A stretch of 64,000 nucleotides of DNA. Origin: Gemmatimonadota bacterium (GTDB taxonomy: Bacteria; Gemmatimonadota; Gemmatimonadetes; Palauibacterales; KS3-K002). A program made the translations under genes and the position numbers. Below are positions 16,932 to 26,029 of the stretch, piece after piece. A model generated the notes under the pieces. The model made no database searches. It was not told the origin of the DNA and was given only the letters and a program-made list of their open reading frames with translations. Within the stretch, counting starts at the first letter, position 1. Every line of letters begins with the position of its first letter. The DNA lies in NCBI GenBank assembly GCA_036475815.1, contig JAZGAL010000175.1, positions 4,403-68,402 on the forward strand, given 5' to 3'.

Positions 16932-19220
16932 GTGCCATCCAGTGACTCGAAGCTCGGGGGCTATCTCGAGTCGCTGAATCCCCAGCAACGCGAGGCCGTT
17001 GAGCACTTCGAGGGCCCGCTCCTCGTGCTCGCCGGTGCCGGGTCCGGCAAGACCCGCGTGCTCACCAGCCGAATAGCGCACCTCATCGAGCATCACGGAG
17101 TCGATCCCAATCTCATCCTGGCCGTCACCTTCACCAACAAAGCCTCTGGGGAGATGCGCGCTCGCGTTCGCGCCCTGCTCGGAGTCGAGCCGGCGGGCAT
17201 GTGGATAGGCACTTTCCACTCGATCGGCGCCCGGATCCTCCGACGTTACGCTACCCGGGTGGAGTTTGGCCCCGATTTCACCATACTGGATGCCGATGAC
17301 AGCCTGCGCGAGATCAGGCACGTCATGGAAGATCAGAATGTCCCCAAGCGCTGGCGGCCGCGGGCCATACACGAAGCGATATCGACCGCCAAGAACCAGC
17401 TCATAACGCCCCATGCCTACTCCGAGACGGCGTACGACCCGTTCTCGCGGATGGTGGCGGACGTTTATCCGGCCTATCAGCGCCGTCTGCGCAGCGCCAA
17501 CTCATTCGACTTCGACGATCTGCTGGTCAAACCCGTCGAGCTGTTCGAGTCGGAGGCGGAAGTGCTCGATCGGTTTCGCAGCCGCTTTCAGTTCGTCCTG
17601 GTGGATGAGTACCAGGATACCAACCACGCCCAGTATCGATTCCTCGAGTTGCTCGCCAGAGAGCACACGAACCTGTGTGTGGTTGGAGACGACGACCAGT
17701 CGATCTACGGCTGGCGCGGGGCCGATATCCGCAACATCCTCGAGTTCGAGCGGGACTTTCCCACCGCCCGGACCGTTCGCCTCGAGAGGAATTACCGGTC
17801 CACCCAGGTGATTCTCGACGCGGGGAACAGCGTCATCGCGGAGAATGTGAACCGGAAAGGGAAAACGCTATACACCGAGAACAAGACGGGTTCGCTGATA
17901 ACGCTCGTCATGGCTGCGGATGAGGCTGATGAGGCGAATTGGATCGCGGGGGAAATCAGCGATCGAGTCGCCCACTCGCTTGACATGGGGCATCGCAGCT
18001 TCGTTGTTCTCTATAGAACCAACGCGCAGAGCCGCTCGCTCGAGGAAGCTTTCCGCGACGCCGATTTGCCATACCGGATCATCGGAGGGGTCAGGTTCTA
18101 CGAGCGGCGTGAGATCAAGGACGTCATCGCCTACCTCAAGCTTGTCTCGAATCCGAGGGAAGTGAGCTCGTTCCTGCGCATCGTCAACTACCCTCGTCGG
18201 GGGATCGGTGATACAACGCTCACCGCTCTGCTCACCGCGGCGCGGGCGGCCGGCATCTCTCCGCTCGAGGCGGCCCGCTCGGCGAGTCGCATCGACGGAA
18301 TCCGGCCGGCGGGCGCATCAGCGCTGGAAGCGTTTGCCCGGATGATCGATCGCTATCGCGAGCTCGCTCATCACATGCACATTCACGAGCTGCTGACCGA
18401 ATTGATCATCGGGCTGCAACTGCTGGAGAAGTTGCGGGAGGAGGGACACGAAGGGATCGATCGAGCTCAGAACGTCGAGGAACTTGTTGCGGCGGCGTCC
18501 GAGTTCGATGCCGCTTCGGCGCTGGAAGACGAGGAGCTCGAAGAGGCAGGCGAAGTTACGGAGCTGGATCTGTTCCTGCAGAAGATCGCGCTGATTGCCG
18601 ATATCGATAACCTCGATCCCGATGCCGATGCCGTCACGTTGATGACGGTCCACACCGCCAAGGGCCTCGAGTTCCCGGTGGTGATGATCGCCGGCCTGGA
18701 GGAGGGCCTGTTCCCGCTTTCTCGCTCGTACGACAGCCTGGAGCAGCTCGAGGAAGAGCGGCGACTGTTCTACGTTGGGATCACGCGGACACAAGAGAAG
18801 CTCTATCTGACCCATGCGAGGCGTCGTCGTCGGGCCGGTGATTGGATGGTGTCGAGCCCGTCGAGCTTCTTGCGCCCGCTTCCGGACACGCTGTTGGAGA
18901 TATGCGAGACGGAGCGGTACAGCGACAGGCTATCGAGCCGTTGGCCGGCTGATCGGTCGGGACGGTTGACCCGGAGGCAGCGCGGTCCGGAGCCCGGCGA
19001 GCTCGCGTACGACTACTCCGATTCTCAAGAGGTCGCGACGCTTCCCAATATCACGGTAGGCAGCAGCGTGCGCCATCCGCGGTTCGGCCTCGGCACTGTA
19101 GCCCAACTTGAAGGGCATGGCCTGGACGTGAAAGCGGTGATCGAGTTCGAGACCGTTGGGCTGAAAAAGGTCGTGGTGAGATACGCGAACCTCGAAGCCG
19201 ATAACGCTGATGAGTCATGA
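16932..19220 (+). CDS. pcrA: ATP-dependent DNA helicase, UvrD/PcrA family
   Basis: 762 aa. Walker A AGAGSGKT. Helicase motifs TFTNKASGEM, VDEYQDTN, YRS, VMTVHTAKGLEFP and YVGITR. C-terminal Tudor-like VRHPRFGLGTV. Confidence 0.93.
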   Translation: MPSSDSKLGGYLESLNPQQREAVEHFEGPLLVLAGAGSGKTRVLTSRIAHLIEHHGVDPNLILAVTFTNKASGEMRARVRALLGVEPAGMWIGTFHSIGARILRRYATRVEFGPDFTILDADDSLREIRHVMEDQNVPKRWRPRAIHEAISTAKNQLITPHAYSETAYDPFSRMVADVYPAYQRRLRSANSFDFDDLLVKPVELFESEAEVLDRFRSRFQFVLVDEYQDTNHAQYRFLELLAREHTNLCVVGDDDQSIYGWRGADIRNILEFERDFPTARTVRLERNYRSTQVILDAGNSVIAENVNRKGKTLYTENKTGSLITLVMAADEADEANWIAGEISDRVAHSLDMGHRSFVVLYRTNAQSRSLEEAFRDADLPYRIIGGVRFYERREIKDVIAYLKLVSNPREVSSFLRIVNYPRRGIGDTTLTALLTAARAAGISPLEAARSASRIDGIRPAGASALEAFARMIDRYRELAHHMHIHELLTELIIGLQLLEKLREEGHEGIDRAQNVEELVAAASEFDAASALEDEELEEAGEVTELDLFLQKIALIADIDNLDPDADAVTLMTVHTAKGLEFPVVMIAGLEEGLFPLSRSYDSLEQLEEERRLFYVGITRTQEKLYLTHARRRRRAGDWMVSSPSSFLRPLPDTLLEICETERYSDRLSSRWPADRSGRLTRRQRGPEPGELAYDYSDSQEVATLPNITVGSSVRHPRFGLGTVAQLEGHGLDVKAVIEFETVGLKKVVVRYANLEADNADES

Positions 19221-19249
19221 ACTCCACCTGCTCATGATGACACGGGGCC

Positions 19250-19570
19250 ATGAGGATAAGTCGCTCTGAGTTGGAGAGAATCGCCGAACTGGCCAGCCTG
19301 GAGCTGAGCGAGGAGGAGGCGGAACGCCTGACACGCGACTGCCAGGCGATCCTCGAGTACTTCGAGATCGTTCGTGGGGCCGATACGGGCGACGCTGCAC
19401 CAGCCGGCCCATTGGAGCATGCCGGGCCGCCGCGCGAAGACAGCGCGGACTGCGACCCGCTGCGGAGGCGATTGGATGAGATCGCACCGGCCTGGCGCGA
19501 AGGCTACTTCGTGCTCCCGCGCCTGCCGGCGATGGATGCGGATATCCCCGCTGAGAGTGACGACGTGTAG
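19250..19570 (+). CDS. gatC: Asp/Glu-tRNA amidotransferase subunit C
   Basis: 106 aa. The N-terminus ELERIAELASLELSEEEAERL is typical GatC. It lies immediately upstream of gatA. Confidence 0.9.
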   Translation: MRISRSELERIAELASLELSEEEAERLTRDCQAILEYFEIVRGADTGDAAPAGPLEHAGPPREDSADCDPLRRRLDEIAPAWREGYFVLPRLPAMDADIPAESDDV

Positions 19571-19571
19571 C

Positions 19572-21044
19572 ATGTCACGGTCGAGTAGCCGGACTGTGGA
19601 GGAGCTGCACGAGCGGCTGCGGTCGCGTGCTGTTCGCGCCGAGGATCTGCTGCAGGCGACGATGAAAGCGATCGCCGAATCCGATGCTCAGGATGCTCCG
19701 CTCAACGCATTCATTTCGCTGGGCGGTGAAGAGCTTGCCGGACAGGCCGCGGCTTTGGACCGGGCGCTCGACAATGGCGACGAGGTCGGTCCCCTGGCCG
19801 GAATCCCCATCGCGGTCAAGGACAATATCTGTACTGGGGATATGCCCACGACGTGTGGGTCGAGGATCCTCGAGAAGTTCGTCGCGCCGTACGAGGCCAC
19901 CGTCATCCGCAGGCTGCGCGCTGCGGGCGCGCTCATCGTAGGGAAGACAAACCTCGACGAGTTCGCCATGGGTTCGTCAACGGAGAACAGTGCCTTCGGT
20001 CCGACGCGCAACCCATGGAACCGCGAACGTGTGCCGGGAGGGAGTTCCGGCGGCTCGGCCGCGGCGGTGGCCGCCGATCTGGTCACCCTGGCACTGGGCT
20101 CGGATACCGGGGGCTCGGTTCGACAGCCGGCGTCCTTTTGCGGAGTCGTGGGTTTGAAGCCCACCTACGGCCGGGTCAGCCGTTACGGCCTGATGGCTTT
20201 CGCATCCAGCCTCGACCAGATCGGCCCGCTGGCCCGCACTGTCAAGGATGCTGCGTCGATGTTGAACGTCATCGCCGGAGGCGATCACTTCGACTCCACC
20301 ACAGCGCATGTCCCTGTCCCGGATTTCACCGGACTGCTGGAGGGAGGCGTCGAGGGGCTCGTCGTCGGTGTGCCACGTGAGTACTTCCCGAACGATCTCG
20401 ACAGCGGCATCGCTGCGCTCTGCGAGACGGCCGTGGAGCGACTGGAAAGGATGGGCGCGGAAGTCCGTGAGATCTCCCTGCCCAACACGGTTTACGCGGT
20501 ACCGGCTTACTATCTGGTGGCGAACGCCGAAGCATCCAGCAACTTGGCCCGGTACGATGGGGTGCGTTACGGGCTCCGGGCACCTGGCGCGCGCAGCACC
20601 GCGGCTGTCTACAGGGAGACCCGGGGGATGGGCTTCGGGTCCGAGGTCAAGCGCCGGATCATGCTGGGCACCTACGGGCTCTCGGCGGGCTATTACGACG
20701 AGTACTACGGCTGCGGTCAACGGGTGCGCAGGATGATCGCCGACGATTTCGAGCGGGCTTTTGCGAAAGGTGTCGATGTGGTGTTCACACCGACCGCTCC
20801 GACTGTAGCTTTCCGGCTCGGCGAGCGCGTCGACGATCCAGTTCAGATGTACCTGTCGGATGTGTTCACGGTGACGGCGAACCTGGCACGTACACCGGCG
20901 ATCTCCATCCCGATCGGTCGCGTAGAGGGCCTCCCGGTGGGCGGGCAGTTCGTCGCGCGCCACTTCGAGGAAAGCACCATGCTACGAGCGGCCTACACCC
21001 TCGAAGCATCGATGGCCGGCGAGTCCCTGGAGAGCAGAGCTTAG
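19572..21044 (+). CDS. gatA: Asp/Glu-tRNA amidotransferase subunit A
   Basis: Start placed at ATG 19572, 1 nt after the gatC stop. Amidase signature GGSSGGSAAAVA and GSDTGGSVRQPA. The track ORF from 19374 over-extends into gatC. Confidence 0.95.
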   Translation: MSRSSSRTVEELHERLRSRAVRAEDLLQATMKAIAESDAQDAPLNAFISLGGEELAGQAAALDRALDNGDEVGPLAGIPIAVKDNICTGDMPTTCGSRILEKFVAPYEATVIRRLRAAGALIVGKTNLDEFAMGSSTENSAFGPTRNPWNRERVPGGSSGGSAAAVAADLVTLALGSDTGGSVRQPASFCGVVGLKPTYGRVSRYGLMAFASSLDQIGPLARTVKDAASMLNVIAGGDHFDSTTAHVPVPDFTGLLEGGVEGLVVGVPREYFPNDLDSGIAALCETAVERLERMGAEVREISLPNTVYAVPAYYLVANAEASSNLARYDGVRYGLRAPGARSTAAVYRETRGMGFGSEVKRRIMLGTYGLSAGYYDEYYGCGQRVRRMIADDFERAFAKGVDVVFTPTAPTVAFRLGERVDDPVQMYLSDVFTVTANLARTPAISIPIGRVEGLPVGGQFVARHFEESTMLRAAYTLEASMAGESLESRA

Positions 21045-21049
21045 ATTAG

Positions 21050-22513
21050 ATGTTCGCCTCGAGAAAGTCGTTGGACTACGAGTCGGTCATAGGGCTGGAG
21101 ATCCATGTCCAGCTCAAGACTCGCAGCAAGATGTTCTGCGGCTGTCGTGTGGAGTTCGGCGCACCGCCCAATACCCTCGTTTGCCCCGTCTGTCTCGGCT
21201 TGCCTGGCGCGCTTCCCGTGGTCAACGAGCGTGCCGTGGAGCTCGCCGTTCTCGCGGCGCTTGCCCTCAGCTCGCAGGTGAACCTGCGATCGGTCTTCGC
21301 GCGTAAGAACTACTTCTATCCCGATCTTCCCAAGGGCTACCAGATCAGCCAGTACGATCGACCGCTGGCCACGGGTGGTTGGCTGGACTTGCCGGGGGAA
21401 GACGAACGAGAGAGCACGCGGCTTCGCATCCGGCGACTGCATGTCGAGGAGGACTCCGGCAAGTCACTCCACGATCGTTTCCCGGGCCAGACTGCCATCG
21501 ACCTGAATCGGGCGGGCGTGCCGCTCCTCGAGATCGTCACCGAGCCCGATCTCCGTTCACCCGCTCAGGCGCGGGCGTTCCTGGGCGGGCTGAAGCAGAT
21601 CCTCGAGTACCTGGAGGTGAGCGACTGCAACATGGAGGAGGGGAGTCTCCGGGTGGATGCGAACGTATCAGTTCGGCCGGCGGGCAGCGAAGAGCTGCCG
21701 ACGAAAACTGAAGTCAAGAACATGAACTCGTTCAGCCAGTTGGAAAAAGCGCTGGAACACGAGGCGGCACGACACAAAGCCATTCTGATGTCCGGCGGTG
21801 AGATCGAGCGTCAGACGATGTTGTGGGATCCAGCTCGCAGCCAGGCGCGGCCGATGCGTGGCAAGGAAGAAGTGCATGACTATCGTTACTTTCCCGAGCC
21901 AGATCTGCCCGCACTTCAGCTGAGTGACGAGGTCATCGCGCGCGCCACTGCGCGGTTGCCGGAACTGCCGAGAGAGAAAGCGCTGCGTTTCATGACCGAG
22001 TACAACCTGCCTGCCTACGATGCCGAAGTCCTGAGCGCGACCCGGGAGCTGGCCGACTACTTCGAGGCGGTGGCGCGGGTGACTGCCAATCCGAAGCTGG
22101 CTTCGAACTGGGTGATGGTCGAAGTCCTCGCCGTGGCCAACGAGCTTGGGGTGAGGATAGGCGAGTTGGGTATCGAACCGGCGCGGGTCGCCGGGCTAAT
22201 CACGATGGTATCGGGGGGCACGCTGTCACATGGTCTGGCTCGGCAAGTCCTGCGCGAGATGGTCGGGAGCGGCAAGACGGCCGAGCAGGTGATCGAGGAA
22301 GAGAATCTGAGCCAGGTCAGCGACAGCGCCACGATAGAGGGTTGGGTCGCTGAAGTAATGGCCGGGAACCCAAGGGAGGTTGAGCGCTACCGCAGCGGTG
22401 AAGATAAGTTGCTCGCCTTTTTCATCGGACAGGTGATGCGGAAGTCACAGGGCAAAGCCGATCCGGATCGGTTGCGCGAGGTGCTGAGGGAAGCGCTGGG
22501 CGAGAACCGCTGA
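21050..22513 (+). CDS. gatB: Asp/Glu-tRNA amidotransferase subunit B
   Basis: 487 aa. YESVIGLEIHVQL, KMFCGC, CPVCLGLPGALP and the C-terminal YqeY-like domain are present. Confidence 0.95.
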   Translation: MFASRKSLDYESVIGLEIHVQLKTRSKMFCGCRVEFGAPPNTLVCPVCLGLPGALPVVNERAVELAVLAALALSSQVNLRSVFARKNYFYPDLPKGYQISQYDRPLATGGWLDLPGEDERESTRLRIRRLHVEEDSGKSLHDRFPGQTAIDLNRAGVPLLEIVTEPDLRSPAQARAFLGGLKQILEYLEVSDCNMEEGSLRVDANVSVRPAGSEELPTKTEVKNMNSFSQLEKALEHEAARHKAILMSGGEIERQTMLWDPARSQARPMRGKEEVHDYRYFPEPDLPALQLSDEVIARATARLPELPREKALRFMTEYNLPAYDAEVLSATRELADYFEAVARVTANPKLASNWVMVEVLAVANELGVRIGELGIEPARVAGLITMVSGGTLSHGLARQVLREMVGSGKTAEQVIEEENLSQVSDSATIEGWVAEVMAGNPREVERYRSGEDKLLAFFIGQVMRKSQGKADPDRLREVLREALGENR

Positions 22514-22535
22514 GAGCGGGCGTATCGACTGTTCG

Positions 22536-23552
22536 TTACTTCCGTCCCTGCGATACCTTCTTAATAGCTCGGGCGAGGCGTCTCCGCTTCGGCTTGATGA
22601 GCTTCGCCTTCAGGTGGACGAGATCGATCCACATTCCCTCGGCGCTCAGGCGCTGCTCCCACCAACCCGGCAACTGCTCTGGTAGCTGAAAGTGCTCGTC
22701 GGCCAATCGCGCGAGCTGCTCCTGGCGCTGTGTCTTTCCCATGGGTCCGTACTCGCGGTTCAGGCGCTTCGCTTCGCCGAGCGCCCGCTCGCCGGTCGGG
22801 TCGAGGAACGCGGTCGGCGATTGCTTGCGATTGATCAGATAGTCTGCCGCGAAGTCGAACGTGTACCGCACCCAGGTTGCGATCTCACGGTCGTCCACGT
22901 CCCAGCGCGAGTAATCCAGCACGCGATCGAACATGGCTTGCCACGTACTGTCGTCGGCGAGCCGGATAATTCCTCTGAAGATGCGGCGGTTGGTCTGGAA
23001 GCTGAAAATCGCCCGGTCCAGAACTCTATCCATCAATTGGTCGTTATGGGCGTGGTCGACCTCCGTGATCAGGTGGTATGCGGCGCGCAGGTAGGCCTGA
23101 CCCAGATGGATGTCCATCCGATGCTCCCAGTAGGAGTGACCGATCATCTGCGTGTTGGCCGAGGTCACAAGCTTGCGCGGCAAGAAGTAGTTGTGGGCTA
23201 TGGTATCGCCGGCCAGGTGAGTCAGGTAGCCGAGGGCGCAGGCGCGTGTCGCGTCCGTGTCGGCAGCCTCGTAGAGCTCCTCTCCGACATGCCAGTGGTG
23301 GCAGTTGCGCCCGACCGGTGCGTATTTCTTCCCTACCGTGATGTCCGCGGCGATGCAGCCGTACAAGAAGTCGTAGGGGAAACGGCGAAGAATCCCGGCC
23401 ACGGCCGCCGGGAACAGGCCCAGCGCGGCGAGCAACTCGGTGCCCACGAGAATGTGCATGCCCGGACCCCAGGCCCAGGCCGGCTCCGGCAAAAGGAGAA
23501 TCGCGACCCCAGCGATTCCCAGGATCTCGAGCCAACGCATTCGCCGTGTCAC
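22536..23552 (-). CDS. zinc-dependent phospholipase C-like, metal-dependent hydrolase family protein (secreted)
   Basis: 338 aa. Signal peptide ending PAWA followed by WGPGMH. HLAGDTIAHNYF and other His/Asp clusters are present. 4-nt overlap with the upstream YtxH gene. Confidence 0.65.
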   Translation of the reverse strand: MTRRMRWLEILGIAGVAILLLPEPAWAWGPGMHILVGTELLAALGLFPAAVAGILRRFPYDFLYGCIAADITVGKKYAPVGRNCHHWHVGEELYEAADTDATRACALGYLTHLAGDTIAHNYFLPRKLVTSANTQMIGHSYWEHRMDIHLGQAYLRAAYHLITEVDHAHNDQLMDRVLDRAIFSFQTNRRIFRGIIRLADDSTWQAMFDRVLDYSRWDVDDREIATWVRYTFDFAADYLINRKQSPTAFLDPTGERALGEAKRLNREYGPMGKTQRQEQLARLADEHFQLPEQLPGWWEQRLSAEGMWIDLVHLKAKLIKPKRRRLARAIKKVSQGRK

Positions 23553-23914
23553 CGGCGGAGCCTCCCATACTCGCGTCGCAACGTCCTGCGGGCCTGTTCT
23601 AGCTGCTGGCGGGCCATATCACCGAACTCCTCCCGGGCCGCCTCCAGGCCGGCGCTGAGTTCCTCACGGAAATCGGCGGCAGCGTGACGGCTGGCTTTGC
23701 GGATCTCCTCGAGAGCTGCGGCGCCGGACCTTCGCACCCGACGGTAGCCTTCCCGAAGGCCGGCAGCTGCCCTCCTGCGCCGCCGCTCAGGAATCCAGGT
23801 GACGGCAAGCCCGATCCCGACAAGCGCGCCGATTGTGAACGCGAGGAGGAACTCGGTGCTGTGGCGCCGCTCGACATTCTCGGAGTCGTCCCCGCGTTCG
23901 GACTGCGCGACCAT
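23549..23914 (-). CDS. YtxH-like membrane-anchored stress protein
   Basis: 121 aa. A single TM helix (FLLAFTIGALVGIGLAVTWIP) is followed by a long charged helix. This matches the YtxH architecture. Confidence 0.6.
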   Translation of the reverse strand: MVAQSERGDDSENVERRHSTEFLLAFTIGALVGIGLAVTWIPERRRRRAAAGLREGYRRVRRSGAAALEEIRKASRHAAADFREELSAGLEAAREEFGDMARQQLEQARRTLRREYGRLRR

Positions 23915-23920
23915 AGCGTG

Positions 23921-24388
23921 TTACTCCTCCTCGGTCTCTTTGTCCGAGCGCTCGTCGTCCCGCCGCCGGCGAAGCAACTTCGCGCCCGCGCGGATGCCGC
24001 GGAGTGTCGAGGTGGCGGTCAGCACCGTGTCCTCCACTTCTCCCTGAACGACATCGATAAGCGCGCCGAGCTCCTGTACCCGCTCGTCCGCCGACTCCAG
24101 GGCTTCCGCGAGCCGGTCATTGGCGATCGATATCGTCTCGCTGACGCGCTCGACTTCCTTGCGGACCGACATCACGAGGAAGTTCAGGTTCTCGCCTATC
24201 GCGCGCGCGCGGTCCAGGACTGGCCTCGCATCGTGCCCGATCGTGGCCAGAGCGTCGTCCACGTTCTTGATGCTGCGCGTGATGCGGAAGATGGCCCGCG
24301 CCAGCAAGACCATGCCAATGCCCAACACCAGCATTGAGAGAATGCCGAGAGATTGAATCACTACGGTTAGCCACGCCACACCTTCCAC
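23921..24388 (-). CDS. DUF948-like membrane-anchored coiled-coil protein
   Basis: 155 aa. An N-terminal TM helix is followed by long amphipathic helices (ITRSIKNVDDALATIGHDARPVLDRA...). DUF948 and YtxH are commonly adjacent. Confidence 0.65.
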   Translation of the reverse strand: MEGVAWLTVVIQSLGILSMLVLGIGMVLLARAIFRITRSIKNVDDALATIGHDARPVLDRARAIGENLNFLVMSVRKEVERVSETISIANDRLAEALESADERVQELGALIDVVQGEVEDTVLTATSTLRGIRAGAKLLRRRRDDERSDKETEEE

Positions 24389-24401
24389 GCGACACCCCCT
24401 G

Positions 24402-25655
24402 TCATCTCATCTGTTTGCCAATGCGGCCCGAGTGCGCCATCTGCCGGTCAAGCTCGCCGGCACGCTCGAGTACGTTGCGAACCAGGAACGGCCCGATCAA
24501 GTCGCTGATGCCCACGGCGATCACCACCGTGGCGAAGAACATGTTGACCGCAGCTGTAAGTTCAGGCCCCGTAGGAACATAGATAAGGACGAACGAAATC
24601 GCCATGGCCAGCGAGAGGCCGCCCTGCGGCGTGAGGGCCAGGCCGAATCGGCGCGGTAGTTCGATGCCCCGTGGGCCGAAACGTTGGGCCACCACGCCGC
24701 CCGCCCACTTGGCCAGAATTCGGGCCGCAACGTACGCGGCGACCAGGGGGGCGATCCACCAGGACGAGAACTGCAGGAGCGCGCCGGCCACGACCAACAT
24801 CATGATGTAGATCGGTTTCTCCCAACCCGACAGGGCGGCGTAAACGCGGCGGCGCATCGGCGAAAGATTCCCGATGATCACACCTGCGATCATGCACACG
24901 AAGAGGGGTGAAAGCGAAAGATAGAATGAGGTGCCGGACGCGAAGAGCACCAGGCCGATCAAGAGCAGCGTGAGTTCTTGAGTCCGCGGGCGAATGCGTG
25001 TGAGTGAAAGGAACACGACGCCGAAGAAGATGCCCAGGAGAGCCGAGAAGGTGAACCACTCGAGAGGCGATAGCGCTATTCCGCCTCCGGGCAGCTCGGC
25101 GTGATGCGCCGCATGGGTAAGCCCCAGGACCACGATCCCAACGGCCGCGTCCAGGCTTGCTACATAGAAGAGCAGCCGGGTGATCCGGCCACGCGCCCTG
25201 TAGGTGTTCGAGATAAGCGCTATCGCCGCAGGCGTGGAGACGCTGGCGGTGGCGGCGGCCGCGAGCAGGATCGCATCGATTCTGAGCGAGAACCAGGAAT
25301 CGGCGATCAGGTAGGCGATGCCGAAGACGATGCAGAACGCCACCAGCGCCTGTAGCCAGGCGAGGGCCATGTAGCCCGCCGGGAACTGGCTTAGGTGGCC
25401 GCGGTCCAACTGCAGCCCGAACAGCACACCGATCCAGCCCAATCCGAGCGCCAGCAGCGGGGTGAGCAGGTTCACCGTCTCTCCGGACAGGATCTGCGTC
25501 GCGTGCGGCCCCAGCGCGAACCCGAGGAAGAGAAACGGTCCGCCGATGGCGATGAAGATCCGCGGTCCCAGTGGCACCTGCCGCTGAGAGAAGGTGAGTT
25601 CGGCCCCCAGCAGCCCGATCAGCACCAGAAGCAGAACGGTGATGATCGGGTTCAC
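24402..25655 (-). CDS. cation:proton antiporter (CPA2/Kef-like membrane domain only)
   Basis: 417 aa with ~12 predicted TM helices. The N-terminus LLLVLIGLLGAELTF is typical of the Na_H_Exchanger family. There is no C-terminal KTN/RCK domain. GTG start in a GTGA overlap with the upstream gene. Confidence 0.85.
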   Translation of the reverse strand: MNPIITVLLLVLIGLLGAELTFSQRQVPLGPRIFIAIGGPFLFLGFALGPHATQILSGETVNLLTPLLALGLGWIGVLFGLQLDRGHLSQFPAGYMALAWLQALVAFCIVFGIAYLIADSWFSLRIDAILLAAAATASVSTPAAIALISNTYRARGRITRLLFYVASLDAAVGIVVLGLTHAAHHAELPGGGIALSPLEWFTFSALLGIFFGVVFLSLTRIRPRTQELTLLLIGLVLFASGTSFYLSLSPLFVCMIAGVIIGNLSPMRRRVYAALSGWEKPIYIMMLVVAGALLQFSSWWIAPLVAAYVAARILAKWAGGVVAQRFGPRGIELPRRFGLALTPQGGLSLAMAISFVLIYVPTGPELTAAVNMFFATVVIAVGISDLIGPFLVRNVLERAGELDRQMAHSGRIGKQMR

Positions 25656-26008
25656 AATTCGGACTCTTCCCCGAGCTCCGGCGCGATGCCCTCTGCCCGG
25701 GAAACTGGGATGGTGAAAACGATGCCTGTGCCTGGCTCCTCCATGCTGCCGCAGACGTCCTGGATGACGGCGAAGGCCGCATCAGCCTTCTCGTCGTCAT
25801 CGATCACGCTGAGGATCGTGTAGTTCTGTGCCCGTGATCGCGAGAGCAGCGTTTGTATTCCCGCGAAGAGCGGGATGTCGTGGGTCAGGACGCGACCCAT
25901 CCCTTCGCTGTTGATGATCGTAGCACCGGTGATCCCCAACTCCAAAAATCCCGACAGGACATCGTCGAGCGCCTCTGCCTGGTTAATCACCGCCACCAGT
26001 AATTGCAT
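25652..26008 (-). CDS. PII-like small signal-transduction protein
   Basis: 118 aa. A beta-alpha-beta x2 pattern aligns by eye to GlnB-type PII. MQLLVAVINQAEALDDVLSGFLELGITGATIINSEGMGR is followed by a T-loop-like segment, then YTILSVIDDDEKADAAFAVIQD...GTGIVFTIPV. Confidence 0.6.
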   Translation of the reverse strand: MQLLVAVINQAEALDDVLSGFLELGITGATIINSEGMGRVLTHDIPLFAGIQTLLSRSRAQNYTILSVIDDDEKADAAFAVIQDVCGSMEEPGTGIVFTIPVSRAEGIAPELGEESEL

Positions 26009-26029
26009 AGAAGTGCCTCTTCGCTACAG

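Noticed and set aside
15771-17414. 547-aa minus-strand ORF antisense to the histidine kinase and pcrA
   Set aside because: It spans two independently supported plus-strand genes. There are no motifs. It is a typical shadow ORF.
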